From positions 512,001-576,000 of the forward strand of contig CAWDRG010000017.1 of NCBI GenBank assembly GCA_963804645.1: DNA of 64,000 bases. The letters run 5' to 3'. Positions 19,697 to 32,301 of the stretch are shown one piece after another; position 1 is the stretch's first letter; every line of letters begins with the position of its first letter. The translations under genes were made by a program, and so were the position numbers. The DNA comes from an uncultured Bacillota bacterium. GTDB lineage: Bacteria; Sysuimicrobiota; Sysuimicrobiia; Sysuimicrobiales; Segetimicrobiaceae. The notes beneath the pieces are model-generated. The model did no database searches. It was not told the DNA's origin and saw only the letters and a program-made list of their open reading frames with translations.

Positions 19697-20548
19697 CTAC
19701 GGGTGCAGCGCCTCCACCGGCTGTCCGAGCGCCCACCGGCTCGGCTCGATCCGCACGGTGCCGTGGCTCTCATCGACGCCGTCGAACGCCAGTACCGAGA
19801 CGTACTGCTCGACCAGCTTCTCCTGCGGCTGCGTCGCTTCGATCAGCACGCCGACGCCCACGACCTCCGCCCGGCACTCGCGCATCAAGTCGTAGACCCC
19901 GCGCGCCGTCCCACCGCCGCGGAGGAAGTCGTCGATGAACAGCGCGCGCGCGCCGGCCGGGACCGCGCGGAGGGGCAGCGTCATCGACTGCACCGTTCGG
20001 GACGACCCGGACACATAGTTGACCGTGACGGACGATCCCTCGGTCACGCGCTCGCCCCTTCGAATCGTCACGAGCGGCACGTTGAAGGCCCGAGCGGTCA
20101 TGAGGGCGAGGGGAATGCCCTTCACCTCCATCGACAGGACGACGTCGGGGCGCCGGTCCTCGAAAAACGTCGCGAAGGTGTCTCCGAGCCGCTCCACCAG
20201 ACCGGGCAGCGACAGCAGATCGGTCGTGTAGAGAAACCCGCCGGGCAGGATTCGCGCGGGATCCCGCAGCCGCTCGGCGAGGCGCTCGGCGAGCGCGCGG
20301 ATCTGGCCCGGCGTGCAGTGGGGCGTGTACCGGACCCCGCCGCTCACGCCGGCGAGCGTGTCGATCCGCCCGAGCTCGAACATCTCGCACACGCGGCGCA
20401 GCGCGGCGATGTCCTCGCTGATCGTCGACTTGGCCGCATCGAGCCCGTCCGTGAACGTCCCCAGCGAGAAGACGGTATGCGGCTCCCGAAACAGCCGATG
20501 GGCGATCGCGAGCATGCGCTCGCCCCGCCGCAGCCGCCGCGCGCTCAT
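19697..20548 (-). CDS. purR: Pur operon repressor (Bacillus-type wHTH plus PRT domain)
   Basis: Motifs AAKSTISED, GVSGGVRY, RILPGGFLYTTDLL, KGIPLA, TEGSSVTVNYVSGS, FIDDFLRGGGT. Confidence 0.92.
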   Translation of the reverse strand: MSARRLRRGERMLAIAHRLFREPHTVFSLGTFTDGLDAAKSTISEDIAALRRVCEMFELGRIDTLAGVSGGVRYTPHCTPGQIRALAERLAERLRDPARILPGGFLYTTDLLSLPGLVERLGDTFATFFEDRRPDVVLSMEVKGIPLALMTARAFNVPLVTIRRGERVTEGSSVTVNYVSGSSRTVQSMTLPLRAVPAGARALFIDDFLRGGGTARGVYDLMRECRAEVVGVGVLIEATQPQEKLVEQYVSVLAFDGVDESHGTVRIEPSRWALGQPVEALHP

Positions 20549-21351
20549 CCGGGACCTCCGGCCAAGTATCGCGCCATCATGGCGAGATCCTCGGGCCTGT
20601 CCACGTCGATGCCGATCTCGGCGTTCCGGCAGATCACCGCCCGCGCGCGAATCCCAGCGATCCGCTCGACGCGCGCCTCAAGCGCGGCGATCCGAAGACG
20701 CCCCGTGGCAAGGCCGATCAGCGTCGACGTACCGAACAGGCCCGCGAGCCGCCACGGCGACTTGCGCGCGGCGATCGCCCGCTCGATCCCCGGCCGCGCT
20801 CGCGCGAACGCCAGCGGCGTGATCAAGAACGCGCTGCCTCCCGTAAACACGCCGTCCCGGAGCCGGACGAACGTCTTCCGCACGTCCGGATACGCCCGCT
20901 CCACGTCGGCCCGGGGCACGACCGCATACGTCAACTCCGCGTCCATGAAGAACGCCGCGTCCACGAACGCACCGATCGCCGCGGGCGTCAGCAGCGGCAG
21001 ATCGGCGGCGACGGCGAGGACGGGGGCGGTTGGGTCGAGCCCGACGAAGCCGGCGGCCAAGTTCTCGAGGAGGCTTCCCCGCTCGACGACCGGCGCGTCC
21101 ACGACTGCGGCGACGCTCGCCGGAAGGGCGCGGGGGCCGACCAAGATGATCCGGCCGACCTGGGGTGATCCGCGGAGCGCCGCGAGGACAAATTCGACCA
21201 TCAGCCGGCCCGCGAGCGGCGCAAAGGCTTTCGGGAGGGAGCCGCCCGTCATGCCGGGCTCTGGCCGGCCGCCGGCAAGCACCACCGCGGGCACACGCGC
21301 CGCCGAAGGAACCCGGAGATCGCCCGGCGTCGTGTGGACGTCAGGCATCAA
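20545..21351 (-). CDS. MobA-like nucleotidyltransferase family protein
   Basis: Motifs VVLAGG, KAFAPLAGRLMVEFV, AADLPLL, IGIDVDRPEDL. Confidence 0.75.
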   Translation of the reverse strand: MMPDVHTTPGDLRVPSAARVPAVVLAGGRPEPGMTGGSLPKAFAPLAGRLMVEFVLAALRGSPQVGRIILVGPRALPASVAAVVDAPVVERGSLLENLAAGFVGLDPTAPVLAVAADLPLLTPAAIGAFVDAAFFMDAELTYAVVPRADVERAYPDVRKTFVRLRDGVFTGGSAFLITPLAFARARPGIERAIAARKSPWRLAGLFGTSTLIGLATGRLRIAALEARVERIAGIRARAVICRNAEIGIDVDRPEDLAMMARYLAGGPG

Positions 21352-21357
21352 GCCCGG

Positions 21358-22224
21358 CTACCGTTCCTCCGCGAACGTACGGGTCACGATGACGTCGATA
21401 TCGGCGACGGCGGAGAGGCCCTTGGCGATCTCGCGCGCGGCGGCCTCGTTGGCGGCGAGGGCAAACAGGACGGGACCGGTCCCCGACAGGGACACCCCCA
21501 GCGGGTGGTACGCCAGCATACGGTCTCGAATCGCCGCCACCGACGGGTAGTGGGCCGTCACCACGTCCTCGAACACGTTGCACAGCGACCGACCGACGCC
21601 GGCCGCGTTTTCGGCCTCGATCGCCCGCACGACGCCGCCGGTATCGGGCCGGCGCCGAATCGACTCGTGATTCAAGATCCGATACGCCCATTCGGTCGAG
21701 ACCTGCACCGGCGGCCGCGCCAGCACGACCCACGTCGTCGGAAGCGGGCGCAGCGGCCGAATCCGCTCGCCGCGGCCCATCGCCAGCGCCGCCCCGCCCG
21801 CGAGGAAGAACGGCACGTCGGATCCGATCTTGCTCGCGAGATCGGCCAGCTGCCACTCCGAGAGCCGCAATTTCCACATTTGGGCGAGCCCGAGCAGCGT
21901 GACCGCCGCGTCGCTCGACCCGCCGCCGAGCCCCGAGGCGATCGGAATGCACTTGGTCAGCTCGACTTCCACGCCTCGTGGGATCCTGAACGTCTCCTTG
22001 AGAAACTGCGCGGTGCGGTACACGATATTCTGCGTGTCCGGCGGCACGTCGGGGCTGGCGCAGCGGATCGTGATGCCGCTTTCGTTCTCGCGGAGGACGA
22101 TCGAGTCGTGCAGCTCGATCGTGTGCATCACGGTTTCGATGTCGTGGTATCCGTCGTCGCGATCGGCGAGCACGTCGAGCGTCAGATTGATCTTTGCGTA
22201 GGCGTTCAGGTGCAGCTCTTTCAA
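21358..22224 (-). CDS. ispE: 4-diphosphocytidyl-2-C-methyl-D-erythritol kinase
   Basis: AYAKINLTLDV, KCIPIASGLGGGSSDAA, GSDVPFF, GRGE, LSGTGP. TTG start follows AAGGAGG. Confidence 0.95.
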   Translation of the reverse strand: MKELHLNAYAKINLTLDVLADRDDGYHDIETVMHTIELHDSIVLRENESGITIRCASPDVPPDTQNIVYRTAQFLKETFRIPRGVEVELTKCIPIASGLGGGSSDAAVTLLGLAQMWKLRLSEWQLADLASKIGSDVPFFLAGGAALAMGRGERIRPLRPLPTTWVVLARPPVQVSTEWAYRILNHESIRRRPDTGGVVRAIEAENAAGVGRSLCNVFEDVVTAHYPSVAAIRDRMLAYHPLGVSLSGTGPVLFALAANEAAAREIAKGLSAVADIDVIVTRTFAEER

Positions 22225-22424
22225 CGCCGCAACCTCCTTCTCAAAAACACAACCCGCGGCGCCACCCTCAGGCGGCCTCCGCGGGACGACTCGCGGGCGG
22301 CACAACGATCGTCGGCATCGGTGCTACACACGACCGGCGCATCAGTCCTCCTGCCGGCACGACTTGCTGCGGGGTCCACTTCTCGCACGCCGCACCGTTT
22401 CCTTCCTCGCACTTCCGCGGCGCC

Positions 22425-22452
22425 TTGACACGGATTCGAATCCGCCTATGAT
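22425..22452 (+). promoter_or_regulatory. Sigma-70 promoter of the LCP gene with a palindrome in the spacer
   Basis: TTGACA-16 bp-TATGAT. The spacer contains the perfect palindrome CGGATTCGAATCCG (22431-22444). Confidence 0.65.
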
Positions 22453-22459
22453 GTGGGGT

Positions 22460-23710
22460 GTGGGCCCGACCCCCGAACTGACGTCCGCTCCTCTCCCCCG
22501 CCCCCCGCTGTGGCCGCGCGTCGCTCGCTGGATGCTGCTCGGCGTGGCCGCCCTCCTCGCCGTCGCGCTCCTCGCGGTCACCGCGTCGCTCGGCGTGCGC
22601 GCGACGCCGCCGGGTCCGACGTTTGGATGGCCGTACCGGGTGACCGGCCGCACGAACATCTTGATCATGGGACTCGATCGCACGGTCAGCGACCAGAACC
22701 CCAACGTGGTGTACGCGATCAGCCGCACCGACACCCTGATCGCCGCGAGCATCGACCCGGCGGCGCACCGCGTCTATCTGCTGAGCATCCCGCGGGACAC
22801 CCGCGCGCCGATCCCGGGCCACGGGATCGACAAGATCAACGCCGCGCACGCCTACGGCGGCGCGCCCCTGACGCTCCGCACCGTGCAGAATTTCCTCGGC
22901 GTGCCGTTCCCCTACTACATCGAGCTCCACGTCCGCGGGTTGGTCGATCTTGTCGACGCGGTCGGCGGGATCACCATCCGGATCCCGAAGGATCTCAACT
23001 ACGACGACAACTGGGACGGGCTGCACATCCACCTGAAGAAAGGCAACCGCCGGTTGGGCGGGCAGGCGGCGATGGAGTTCACGCGGTTTCGCCACGATCC
23101 CCTCGGCGACATCGGGCGGATCGCGCGGCAGCAGCAGGTGATGAACGCGCTGCTCCTCGAGCTGCGGCAGCCGCGGGTCATCCTGCGGGCCGACCGGGTG
23201 CTCGCGGCGCTGCGCAAGGATACGACGACGAACCTCGACGACACCCAGCTGATCGCGCTGGCGCTCTTCGGCGCCAGGCTGCCGCACGGAGGGCTCGCGC
23301 TGACGACGCTGCCCGGCCGCTTCGAACAGGGCGGCGCCGGGTACTGGCTGCCGGATGCGGCGGCGGATCGAGCCGCCGTCGTGCGGCTCTTCTACGGCAT
23401 TGATCCGGCGACGCTCGAAGGAACGACGGTGGAGATCGCCAACGGCAGCGGCGCCCGAGCGGCCGCCGCCGATCCGCTCGCTCGGCTCACCGCGCTCGGC
23501 GTCCACATCGGAGCGGTCACCGCGGCGGCCGACGCCGCCGAAACCGTCGTGATCGTCCACCGGGGGGACCCCGAGGCGGCCCGCGTCATCGCCGCCGCGA
23601 TCGGCGCGCACCGCATCATCCGCGCCGCCGCCGGATCCGGGCCGGACGTGTCGGTGGTGCTGGGAAGCGACTCGATCGCCCCGGCGCTCACGGACTCGGC
23701 GGGACACTAG
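22460..23710 (+). CDS. LCP (LytR-CpsA-Psr) family phosphotransferase with LytR C-terminal domain
   Basis: TM helix, NILIMGLD, RTDTL, LSIPRDT, KINAAH, VDAVGG, RFRHDPLGDIGRIARQQ, C-terminal VEIANGSG...DVSVVLGSD. Start chosen from the promoter position; ATG 22448 is the alternative. Confidence 0.9.
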   Translation: MGPTPELTSAPLPRPPLWPRVARWMLLGVAALLAVALLAVTASLGVRATPPGPTFGWPYRVTGRTNILIMGLDRTVSDQNPNVVYAISRTDTLIAASIDPAAHRVYLLSIPRDTRAPIPGHGIDKINAAHAYGGAPLTLRTVQNFLGVPFPYYIELHVRGLVDLVDAVGGITIRIPKDLNYDDNWDGLHIHLKKGNRRLGGQAAMEFTRFRHDPLGDIGRIARQQQVMNALLLELRQPRVILRADRVLAALRKDTTTNLDDTQLIALALFGARLPHGGLALTTLPGRFEQGGAGYWLPDAAADRAAVVRLFYGIDPATLEGTTVEIANGSGARAAAADPLARLTALGVHIGAVTAAADAAETVVIVHRGDPEAARVIAAAIGAHRIIRAAAGSGPDVSVVLGSDSIAPALTDSAGH

Positions 23711-23769
23711 CCCCGCCTCATCCGTCCTCGGTCGGCCACCCCCGCGCCCGGGCAAACGGCGCCCCGCCG

Positions 23770-24651
23770 TCAGGCGGGAGGAAGCGGATGCAGCGCGCGC
23801 GCGAGCGCTCCGAACGCCTCGAGCCCGAGCGTCTCGGCGCGTGCGCGAGGGTCGACGGCGCAGACCGCACACGCCGCCGCGACCGCCGGAACCGGCAGCC
23901 CCAGTCCATGCGCGAGCGCGTTGAGGAGGGTCTTGCGGCGCTGGCCGAACCCCGCGGCCACGATCCGGACGAACTCACCCTCGTCGGGCACACAGACCGC
24001 CGGCTCGTCCCGCGGCACGATCTCCAGAACGGCGGACTCCACTTCGGGCGGCGGAAGAAACGCGCCCGGCGGAATCCGAAGCACAATGCGCGCACGCGCC
24101 CGAAACTGAACGGCCACGGACAGCCGGCCGTAGGCCGCCGTTCCGGGGAGCGCCACGATCCGCTCCGCCACCTCCCGCTGGACCGTGACCACGATCCGCG
24201 AGACGCGCAGCGCGGGATCGAGGAACCGCAGCAGCACCGGGGCGGCGATATTGTACGGAAGATTCGCGACGAGCTTCCGCGTGGCATCCGGGGGTCCGTC
24301 GAACAGGGCGTCCGGAACGGCCTCCAGCACATCGCCGGCGACGATCCGAACGTTGGGACTGGCGGCGACGCCGGCGGCCAGCGCGGGGAGCAGCCGCCGA
24401 TCCAGCTCCACCGCGGTGACGCGTCCGGCCAGGCGGGCGAGGGCCTGCGTCAGCGTGCCCAGCCCGGCGCCGACCTCCAGCACGCTGTCGGCCGCCGACA
24501 GGCTCGCGGCCGAGACGATCGCGTCGAGGGCCCGGCTGCTGACGAGAAAGTGCTGCCCAAACCGGCGAAGCGGACGGACGCCAAACCGGTGCAAGACCGC
24601 CCTCGCGCCGGCCGGCGTTGCCAGGTCATCCAGGGGGACAGGACCGTTCAT
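23770..24651 (-). CDS. rsmA: 16S rRNA adenine dimethyltransferase
   Basis: Motifs FGQHFL, VLEVGAGLGTLT, VELD, VANLPYNI, QREVAERI, FGQRRKTL. Confidence 0.95.
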   Translation of the reverse strand: MNGPVPLDDLATPAGARAVLHRFGVRPLRRFGQHFLVSSRALDAIVSAASLSAADSVLEVGAGLGTLTQALARLAGRVTAVELDRRLLPALAAGVAASPNVRIVAGDVLEAVPDALFDGPPDATRKLVANLPYNIAAPVLLRFLDPALRVSRIVVTVQREVAERIVALPGTAAYGRLSVAVQFRARARIVLRIPPGAFLPPPEVESAVLEIVPRDEPAVCVPDEGEFVRIVAAGFGQRRKTLLNALAHGLGLPVPAVAAACAVCAVDPRARAETLGLEAFGALARALHPLPPA

Positions 24652-24743
24652 CTCGGGAGTTCCTTCGGACGGGCGCCGCGCCCGGCCGCCGGGCGCACGA
24701 TCGGAGTCGGCCCGTGAGCAGGCCGACCCCCCGGAAACCACAC

Positions 24744-25814
24744 TCAGTGGGAATCGAGGATGAAGACCCGCACCGGCTGACGGCCGAAGCGTATCGCCTC
24801 GTCGTAGGTATTGTAGCAGAGGTCGACGCGCCGGCCCCGGATGTTTCCCCCGGTATCCCCGGCGACCGCGTACCCGTAGCCCTCGACGTAGAGGTGCGTC
24901 CCGAGGGGGATGACGGAGGGGTCGACGGCCACGACGCCCCGGCCCGCGATCATGCCGATCGCGGTGCGGGGTCCGACGCCACCGCCGAAGTTGTTCGGTC
25001 CCGGGTAGTACGCGGTCGCCTCGAACACCATGTATTCACGCCCCGCGAACGCCCCGCGCGACGCGATCATGGCCCGCGTGCCGACCGCCACAACTTTCGG
25101 GGCGGGCGGGACCGTCACCGCCCACGGGCCGGGCACCATCATGGCCGGCCTGTCGTCGGCGTAGAGGACCTTCACGGTACGCTGCTGCAGCCCGGGGCGC
25201 CCGGCGCTGCGGACCGTCTCGTTCCCCTTGAAGAGCGCGGCGTCGTTGACCACCTGCGACGTAAATGGAACCGGGCGCGACTCGACCCACGCATGCCATT
25301 GGCGCCGCTCCACGGTCACCCGCATCGCCGGGGTGAGGGCGGCGCCCAGGCTCGGGTAGACACGATCCGCGGATTCGAGGCTCACGTGGAGCGCCCTGAG
25401 CGCCTCGCCGACGGTCTTGGCGGCCAGGTGGACCTGGCGGCGCTGGCCGCCGATCCGGACCTCAATCGGCACCGCTCGGACGACCTCGATCTCCATCCCG
25501 GACCAGACCGGGGTGTCGGGACCCGGGGTCAGCCGGTCGCCGGTGTGAAGGAGCACCTTTGAAGCGGCCAGGACGTCCCCGACGTTCTGCCCGAACAGCC
25601 GCTGGTTCCGGGTCGTCCCGTCCGCGCTGATGTGCACGTTGTGGGGGACCGGGATCCCCAACCCGGTGGCAAGGACCCCGACGGGCAGGAGCAGGGCGAA
25701 GCTCGCATAGATCCAGCCGGCCAGGCGCTGCTTGCGGCCCCGGAAAGAAGTAGAGGATCCGAGCGGGTTGTTCGGCGTGCCCGACAGGAAGATCCCCCCT
25801 TTTCGGCTGCCCAT
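24744..25814 (-). CDS. YabE-like DUF348/G5/3D-domain cell-wall protein
   Basis: TM helix, two ubiquitin-like DUF348 repeats (TVGEAL...DRVYPSL), G5 domain, 3D domain (ATAY...VAVDPSVIPLGTHLYVEGYGYAVAGDTGGNIRGRRVDL). Start uncertain. Confidence 0.88.
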   Translation of the reverse strand: MGSRKGGIFLSGTPNNPLGSSTSFRGRKQRLAGWIYASFALLLPVGVLATGLGIPVPHNVHISADGTTRNQRLFGQNVGDVLAASKVLLHTGDRLTPGPDTPVWSGMEIEVVRAVPIEVRIGGQRRQVHLAAKTVGEALRALHVSLESADRVYPSLGAALTPAMRVTVERRQWHAWVESRPVPFTSQVVNDAALFKGNETVRSAGRPGLQQRTVKVLYADDRPAMMVPGPWAVTVPPAPKVVAVGTRAMIASRGAFAGREYMVFEATAYYPGPNNFGGGVGPRTAIGMIAGRGVVAVDPSVIPLGTHLYVEGYGYAVAGDTGGNIRGRRVDLCYNTYDEAIRFGRQPVRVFILDSH

Positions 25815-25950
25815 GATCCGCCCAGACGGCCGACGGCAGCCGCGCTCGCTCTGGAAAAACTCCTAGGATCTGCGGCGGTCGATGGGGTGTGGGAGCTGGT
25901 GTGATCGCTGGTGAGGTGTCTTGAGTTATAGACTACGTTCTACTGTGGGA

Positions 25951-25979
25951 ATTATACCTATAGACGAATTTCAATGCAA
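25951..25979 (-). promoter_or_regulatory. Sigma-70 promoter of yabE-rsmA
   Basis: TTGCAT-17 bp-TATAAT within an AT-rich patch. Confidence 0.75.
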
Positions 25980-26006
25980 GTGTCCAGACCCCGAGGTTAG
26001 TCCGTC

Positions 26007-26036
26007 AAAAGGTCCCGCTCACTTCGGCGTGACGGG
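26007..26036 (-). terminator. Probable intrinsic terminator after meaB
   Basis: Hairpin CCCGTCAC-GCCGAA-GTGAGCGGG followed by ACCTTTT. Confidence 0.5.
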
Positions 26037-26060
26037 GCGATGCCTAGGCGTGTGCGATGA

Positions 26061-27014
26061 TCAGGACCCGACGGTCGGGCCGAGCCCCGCGAGTCTCACG
26101 AGGGAGTCGGCCGCCGAGTAGGGGTCCAACTCTCCAGCTGCGACCCGCGCGGCCAGCGTGTCCAGCGCTAGCGGGCCGACCACGTCGAGCAGCCGGCGCC
26201 GCACCTGCGACTCCGCGATCATGAGGATCTCCTGACGCCTCCGCTCCTTGCGCCGCTGGTCGAGTAGGGCGTGGGCCTCCTGGTACGCGCGGTGCCGGGC
26301 GATCTCTTCCAGGACCGCCGGGACCCCGGTTCCCTCCACGGCGGACGCCAGAAGCACGGGCGGCCGCCAACCGTGGCGGTCGGGCGCCAGGCCGAGCATC
26401 ATCTTGATCTCGGTCGCGGTACGGTCGGCGTCGCCTTGGTCGGCTTTGTTCACGACGAACAGGTCTCCGATCTCCATGACCCCGGCCTTGAGCGCCTGCA
26501 CCCCGTCCCCGAGGTGGGGGACCGTCACGACGGCGACCGTGTCCGCGAGCCTGACGATGTCCACTTCCGCCTGCCCGGTGCCGACGGTTTCGACCAGGAT
26601 CAGGTCGCAGCCATAGGCGTCGAGGACTTCAACCGCACCCGATGCGGCCAGGGCCAAGCCGCCGAGGTACCCCCTAGTGGCCATACTGCGGACGAACACC
26701 CCGGGATCGGTGGCATGGTCCTGCATCCGGACCCGGTCGCCCAGAATGGCGCCCCCGGTGAAGGGGCTGGTCGGATCGACCGCCACCACCCCCACCCGGC
26801 GCCCGTCGCGGCGGGCCAGGCGCACCAGCGCGTCGATCAGGGTGCTCTTTCCGGCCCCGGGCGGACCCGTGATGCCGGCGATGTGGCCGCGCCCCGTATG
26901 AGCATGAAGCTCGCGGAGCAGCGGCACCGCGTCGGCGGGGCGGTTCTCGACGACGGAGATGAGGCGGGCCACCGCGAGCGGCGACCCCCGAAGTACCTCC
27001 GCCGCCAGCGTCAC
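26061..27014 (-). CDS. meaB: Methylmalonyl-CoA mutase-associated GTPase
   Basis: Motifs GITGPPGAGKSTL, AVDPTSPFTGGAILGDRVRM, ETVGTGQ, KAGVMEI, VNKAD. Confidence 0.95.
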   Translation of the reverse strand: MTLAAEVLRGSPLAVARLISVVENRPADAVPLLRELHAHTGRGHIAGITGPPGAGKSTLIDALVRLARRDGRRVGVVAVDPTSPFTGGAILGDRVRMQDHATDPGVFVRSMATRGYLGGLALAASGAVEVLDAYGCDLILVETVGTGQAEVDIVRLADTVAVVTVPHLGDGVQALKAGVMEIGDLFVVNKADQGDADRTATEIKMMLGLAPDRHGWRPPVLLASAVEGTGVPAVLEEIARHRAYQEAHALLDQRRKERRRQEILMIAESQVRRRLLDVVGPLALDTLAARVAAGELDPYSAADSLVRLAGLGPTVGS

Positions 27015-27018
27015 CGGG

Positions 27019-28698
<1,680 letters not shown>

Positions 28699-28723
28699 CG
28701 CTGTCGCCTCGCTTCCTCGATCC

Positions 28724-29263
28724 CTACCCGATCGTGACCAGCACCTGCCCGCCGGACACCTCGGCGCCGGACGTGACGTGCACCTTCCGCACCACCCCCG
28801 CGGCGGGCGCGCACAGCTCCATCTGCATCTTCATGGCTTCCACGGTCACGAGGGATTGACCCGCGGCGACGGGCGCCCCTTCGGCGGCGAGCACGGCCAC
28901 GACCAGCCCCGGCATGGGAGCCCGCACCTCAAGGCCCCGGGCCGCGCGCCCCGCCCCGCCCGGTCCCGCGCGCCGCCGCCCGCCCCGCGCGACGGCCACG
29001 TCATACGTATACCCGTCGAGCACCATCGTCCAGCGCCGCTGCCCGCCGGCCTCCTCCGTGCTCGCGCCCGGCGCCGCGACGCGGGGCAGCGTGCCGAGGT
29101 CGTGCGGCGCCTGATCGACGACGAGCGAGTACCATCCGGGCAGCACGGCGGCCGCGTCGACATCCCGGGTGCGCCCGTCGACCGAGACGCGCAGCGCGTC
29201 TCCAACGGGCTCGACCGCGACCTCGATCTCGTCGGCGCCGACGCGCACCAGGTACTTGGTCAC
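28724..29263 (-). CDS. Biotin carboxyl carrier protein
   Basis: Motif [10 protein letters not shown]...VEAMKMQ. Confidence 0.92.
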   Translation of the reverse strand: MTKYLVRVGADEIEVAVEPVGDALRVSVDGRTRDVDAAAVLPGWYSLVVDQAPHDLGTLPRVAAPGASTEEAGGQRRWTMVLDGYTYDVAVARGGRRRAGPGGAGRAARGLEVRAPMPGLVVAVLAAEGAPVAAGQSLVTVEAMKMQMELCAPAAGVVRKVHVTSGAEVSGGQVLVTIG

Positions 29264-30740
29264 GACAGCGCCTCGCGCCGGGCAGCCGCTTTCCAGGCGC
29301 CGGAGGCCTGGGGGGGAGCAGCGGGACGCGGTGGTCATCGCGGTACGCGAGCACCGCCGCGGCGACCGCGGCGAGGGGAAGGTCGCGGGGCGCGCGGCGC
29401 GGCCACTCGAGGTCCACGAACCGTGTGCTGTAGGCCCCGTCCACAAACCAGGGATGCCTGAGCGCCCACCGATGGAACGGGATCGTCGTGGGCACCCCGG
29501 TCACGATCATCTCGGACAGCGCCGCCGACATCCTGGCGATCGCTTCCGGGCGCGTCGGCGCCCAGGCGATCACCTTCGCCATCAGCGGGTCGTAGAACCG
29601 GGTGACCTCGAGGCCCGGGTCCAGCGCCCCGTCGAATCGGATCCCGGGGCCCCCAGGCAGGACCACGGCCTCGACGCGACCCGCCCACGGCACGAACCCG
29701 GCGCTTGGGTCCTCGGCGGAGATCCGGCACTCGATCGCGTGGCCCCGGAGCGCGATCTGGTGTTGACCGAGCGGCAGGGGCGCGCCCGAGGCGATCGCGA
29801 TCTGCCACGCCACCAGGTCGACGCCCGTCACCAGCTCAGTCACCGGGTGCTCCACCTGCAGCCTGGCGTTGATCTCGAGGAAGTAAAACGCGTCCCCGTC
29901 GACGAGAAACTCCACGGTCCCCACGTTGCGATAGCCCACCGCACGGGCGGCCGCGATCGCCGCGCGACCCATCGCATCCCGCAGTGGCGCGGTGAGGGCC
30001 GGAGACGGCGCCTCCTCGATGATCTTCTGGTGACGGCGCTGGACCGAGCACTCGCGCTCGCCGAGATGCACGATCTCGCCCCGCCCGTCGGCGGCGATCT
30101 GGACTTCGACGTGCCGGGGATCGTCGACCCAGCGTTCCAAGTACACGCGGTCGTCGCCAAACGACGCGCGGGCCTCTCCGCGGGCCAGCCGCAGCGCGGC
30201 GAGAAGATCCTCCGGCCTCGGCACGCGGTGGATCCCCTTCCCGCCCCCGCCGGCCGCGGCTTTGATCAACACGGGGTACCCGAGCCGCAGCGCCTCGGCC
30301 GCCGCACCCACGTCGTCCAGCGACTCCGTGCCGGGCAGCACCGGCACGCCGGCCCCGCGGGCGGCGCGCCGGGTCTCGGCCTTGTCGCCGCATCGCGCGA
30401 GCACCTCCGCCGGAGGGCCGATGAAGCGGATCCCCTCCTCCGCGCAGGCCGCCGCAAACTCCGGATTCTCCGCGAGGAACCCATAGCCGGGGTGCACGGC
30501 GTCCGCGCCGGACCGGCGGGCCGCGTCGACGACCGCGGGAATGCGGAGATACGACTCGACGGCCGGGCCGGGGCCGATCCGATACGCTTCGTCCGCGGCG
30601 CGCACGTGGGGGGCGGCGCGATCCGCGTCGCTGTAGATGGCCACCGCGCCGAGCCCCAGCGCGCGGCACGCGCGGATCACGCGCAGTGCGATCTCGCCGC
30701 GATTGGCGACGAGCACCTTGCGGATCTCGGCCTCAGGCAT
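29260..30740 (-). CDS. Acyl-CoA carboxylase biotin carboxylase subunit (apparent frameshift in the C7 run near 29313)
   Basis: VLVANRGEIA, HPGYGFLAEN, KAAAGGGGKG, RECSVQRRHQK, EINARLQVEHPVTE. The likely true end is [11 protein letters not shown], overlapping the BCCP start. Confidence 0.9.
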
Positions 30741-30743
30741 GCG

Positions 30744-32294
<1,551 letters not shown>

Positions 32295-32301
32295 CGGGCG
32301 G

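Noticed and set aside
19697..22430. PurBox operators near purR
   Set aside because: No convincing AWWWCCGAACWWT-like pair was seen upstream of ispE, purR, glmU or prs.
25815..25945. c-di-AMP (ydaO) riboswitch upstream of the yabE-like gene
   Set aside because: The context fits, but I could not find the conserved GCTGAA...GGAAC/GGGG core.
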